This document shows, one piece after another, positions 62,815-64,000 of a stretch of 64,000 nt of DNA (positions within the stretch are counted from its first letter, which is position 1; each line of letters begins with the position of its first letter). The position numbers and the translations under genes were made by a program. Below the pieces are notes generated by a model. The model was not told where the DNA came from. It was given only the letters and a program-made list of their open reading frames with translations, and made no database searches. Origin of the DNA: an uncultured Candidatus Melainabacteria bacterium (GTDB lineage: Bacteria; Cyanobacteriota; Vampirovibrionia; Gastranaerophilales; Gastranaerophilaceae); the NCBI GenBank assembly GCA_937898445.1, contig CALEJY010000250.1, forward strand, positions 3,513 through 67,512, in the 5' to 3' direction.

Positions 62815-63456
62815 TTAATCTTCTGTTACATTTTCTTTTTCTTCTTCAATTTTTATATCTAATTTATCTATCATTTCTTTAAGCAATTCTTCATCATATA
62901 AATCTGTATTTATTAATCCTTTTTCTAAAGCTTCATCATAATCATAAAAAACCAAACAAGTTTCACAATCATCTAAATCTTTCTGTGTTAATTTAGTATT
63001 TTCTAAAAGTCTTTCGTTTAATTTGTTATCTAATTTTTTCCAATGTGTTAAAGAACTTAACATTTCTTTAGCATAACCACGAACTCCTCCTCCAATACCA
63101 TGTAGTCCAAATGTAACTAAATCACCTGCGGTCCTAACTTCTCCACAAGCATAAATATATACAGCCATACTTGATACTTCTCCGATTCCATGAGTATGGA
63201 CAGGAGCTATACAGGTTTCTAATGTATTCATTATCGCACAACCATCCATAACACTTCCACCCGGAGAATTAATCGTTATTGTTATTGGTGGATATTCTAA
63301 TTGGTGTTTCTTATTTAGAGTTTGATTTTTATTATAAATTTCTAAATCTTCATCGTTTATTTTTTTTAAGTGGGCGATTATTTCTGTTGCCATTTCGGTT
63401 GTTATCTCTCCACTAATATATAGTTCCCTACTTAATTCATCTTTTTTATCTTTCAT
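62815..63456 (-). CDS. ClpP-like (S14) protease
   Basis: INSPGGSV..G..I, GEVSSMA (catalytic Ser), LH (His), EALEKGLI. Confidence 0.85.
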   Translation of the reverse strand: MKDKKDELSRELYISGEITTEMATEIIAHLKKINDEDLEIYNKNQTLNKKHQLEYPPITITINSPGGSVMDGCAIMNTLETCIAPVHTHGIGEVSSMAVYIYACGEVRTAGDLVTFGLHGIGGGVRGYAKEMLSSLTHWKKLDNKLNERLLENTKLTQKDLDDCETCLVFYDYDEALEKGLINTDLYDEELLKEMIDKLDIKIEEEKENVTED

Positions 63457-63471
63457 ACCTTAATCCTCCCA

Positions 63472-64000
63472 CTAAAGTTTAATATTATATATACATTCCA
63501 CACCTTCATCACTAACTATTAACAATTTTTGACTAGGTGGAGAAAATAATCTTTTACCATAAGCATAAGCATCTGTTCCGCATAAACTTCCATTTATAAA
63601 TACTTCGGATGTATTATCAATATAATTACATTGAGAATGTAAATGTCCCATACATACATAATCAACATTTCTACCATTTAATATGGCACTTAGATCAGGA
63701 GCAACACCTTTTCTTTTTTCTTGATGCCCATGAACTCCAACAAAATCATTTCCCATTATATTTTTATATATAATATCCGAATTTGTTTTACTGTTATTAA
63801 TAATAACATTTTTATTATCCCTTAAAAAAAGTGCTACATATTTTTCTATAAGAATTGTAAAATTATCTGTATCTTTAGATAAATCTTTTAATCCTGTTCT
63901 TTCGTGATTACCAAAAGTAAAAGTAACTTCAACTGAAACCACTTTCGATACTTTATCTATAAATTTTGAAAGCAGCTCGCTTACTTCATATATTTGAGTA
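63472..64000 (-). CDS. Calcineurin-like metallophosphoesterase (3' part; frame stays open to window edge)
   Basis: GNH, VHGH, MGHLH, NGSLCG.D.YA motifs. No stop codon upstream of the ORF-track start at 63942. Confidence 0.75.
   Translation of the reverse strand, partial: TQIYEVSELLSKFIDKVSKVVSVEVTFTFGNHERTGLKDLSKDTDNFTILIEKYVALFLRDNKNVIINNSKTNSDIIYKNIMGNDFVGVHGHQEKRKGVAPDLSAILNGRNVDYVCMGHLHSQCNYIDNTSEVFINGSLCGTDAYAYGKRLFSPPSQKLLIVSDEGVECIYNIKL

Noticed and set aside
1..64000. tRNA, rRNA or stop-codon reassignment
   Set aside because: No cloverleaf or rRNA-like segment was noticed. Genes are long and tile densely under the standard code, and the internal stops are explained by introns.

Overview
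AT-rich window with virtually all real genes on the minus strand. It contains the DNA-packaging, head, tail and adsorption/lysis region of a large SPbeta/c-st-like siphovirus of a low-GC Firmicute (Clostridia-like by composition and AGGTGAT/GGAGG RBS use; host not determinable). Gene order on the minus strand: metallophosphoesterase (partial), ClpP-like protease, a structured non-coding region, terminase subunits, DNA methyltransferase, portal, subtilisin-like protease, prohead protease/scaffold, capsid, neck, tail tube, chaperone, giant tape measure, Dit, Tal, central fibre, multi-domain peptidoglycan hydrolase, holins, BppU-like proteins, phosphoesterase, CotH-kinase/LRR protein, a cluster of shuffled fibre paralogues with an embedded amidase, and a ParM/ParR-like partition pair suggesting a phage-plasmid. 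Four late genes (tail tube, tape measure, phosphoesterase, CotH kinase) are each split by a group I intron carrying a Vsr/DUF559-like endonuclease ORF. Two introns splice in frame at canonical U.G / omega-G sites. The other two restore the expected in-frame protein only if the 5' cut is made one nucleotide upstream of the U.G wobble, and only these two share an extra P5-region sequence module: a candidate non-canonical group I intron subclass. All calls come from reading motifs by eye; no searches or folding programs were run.
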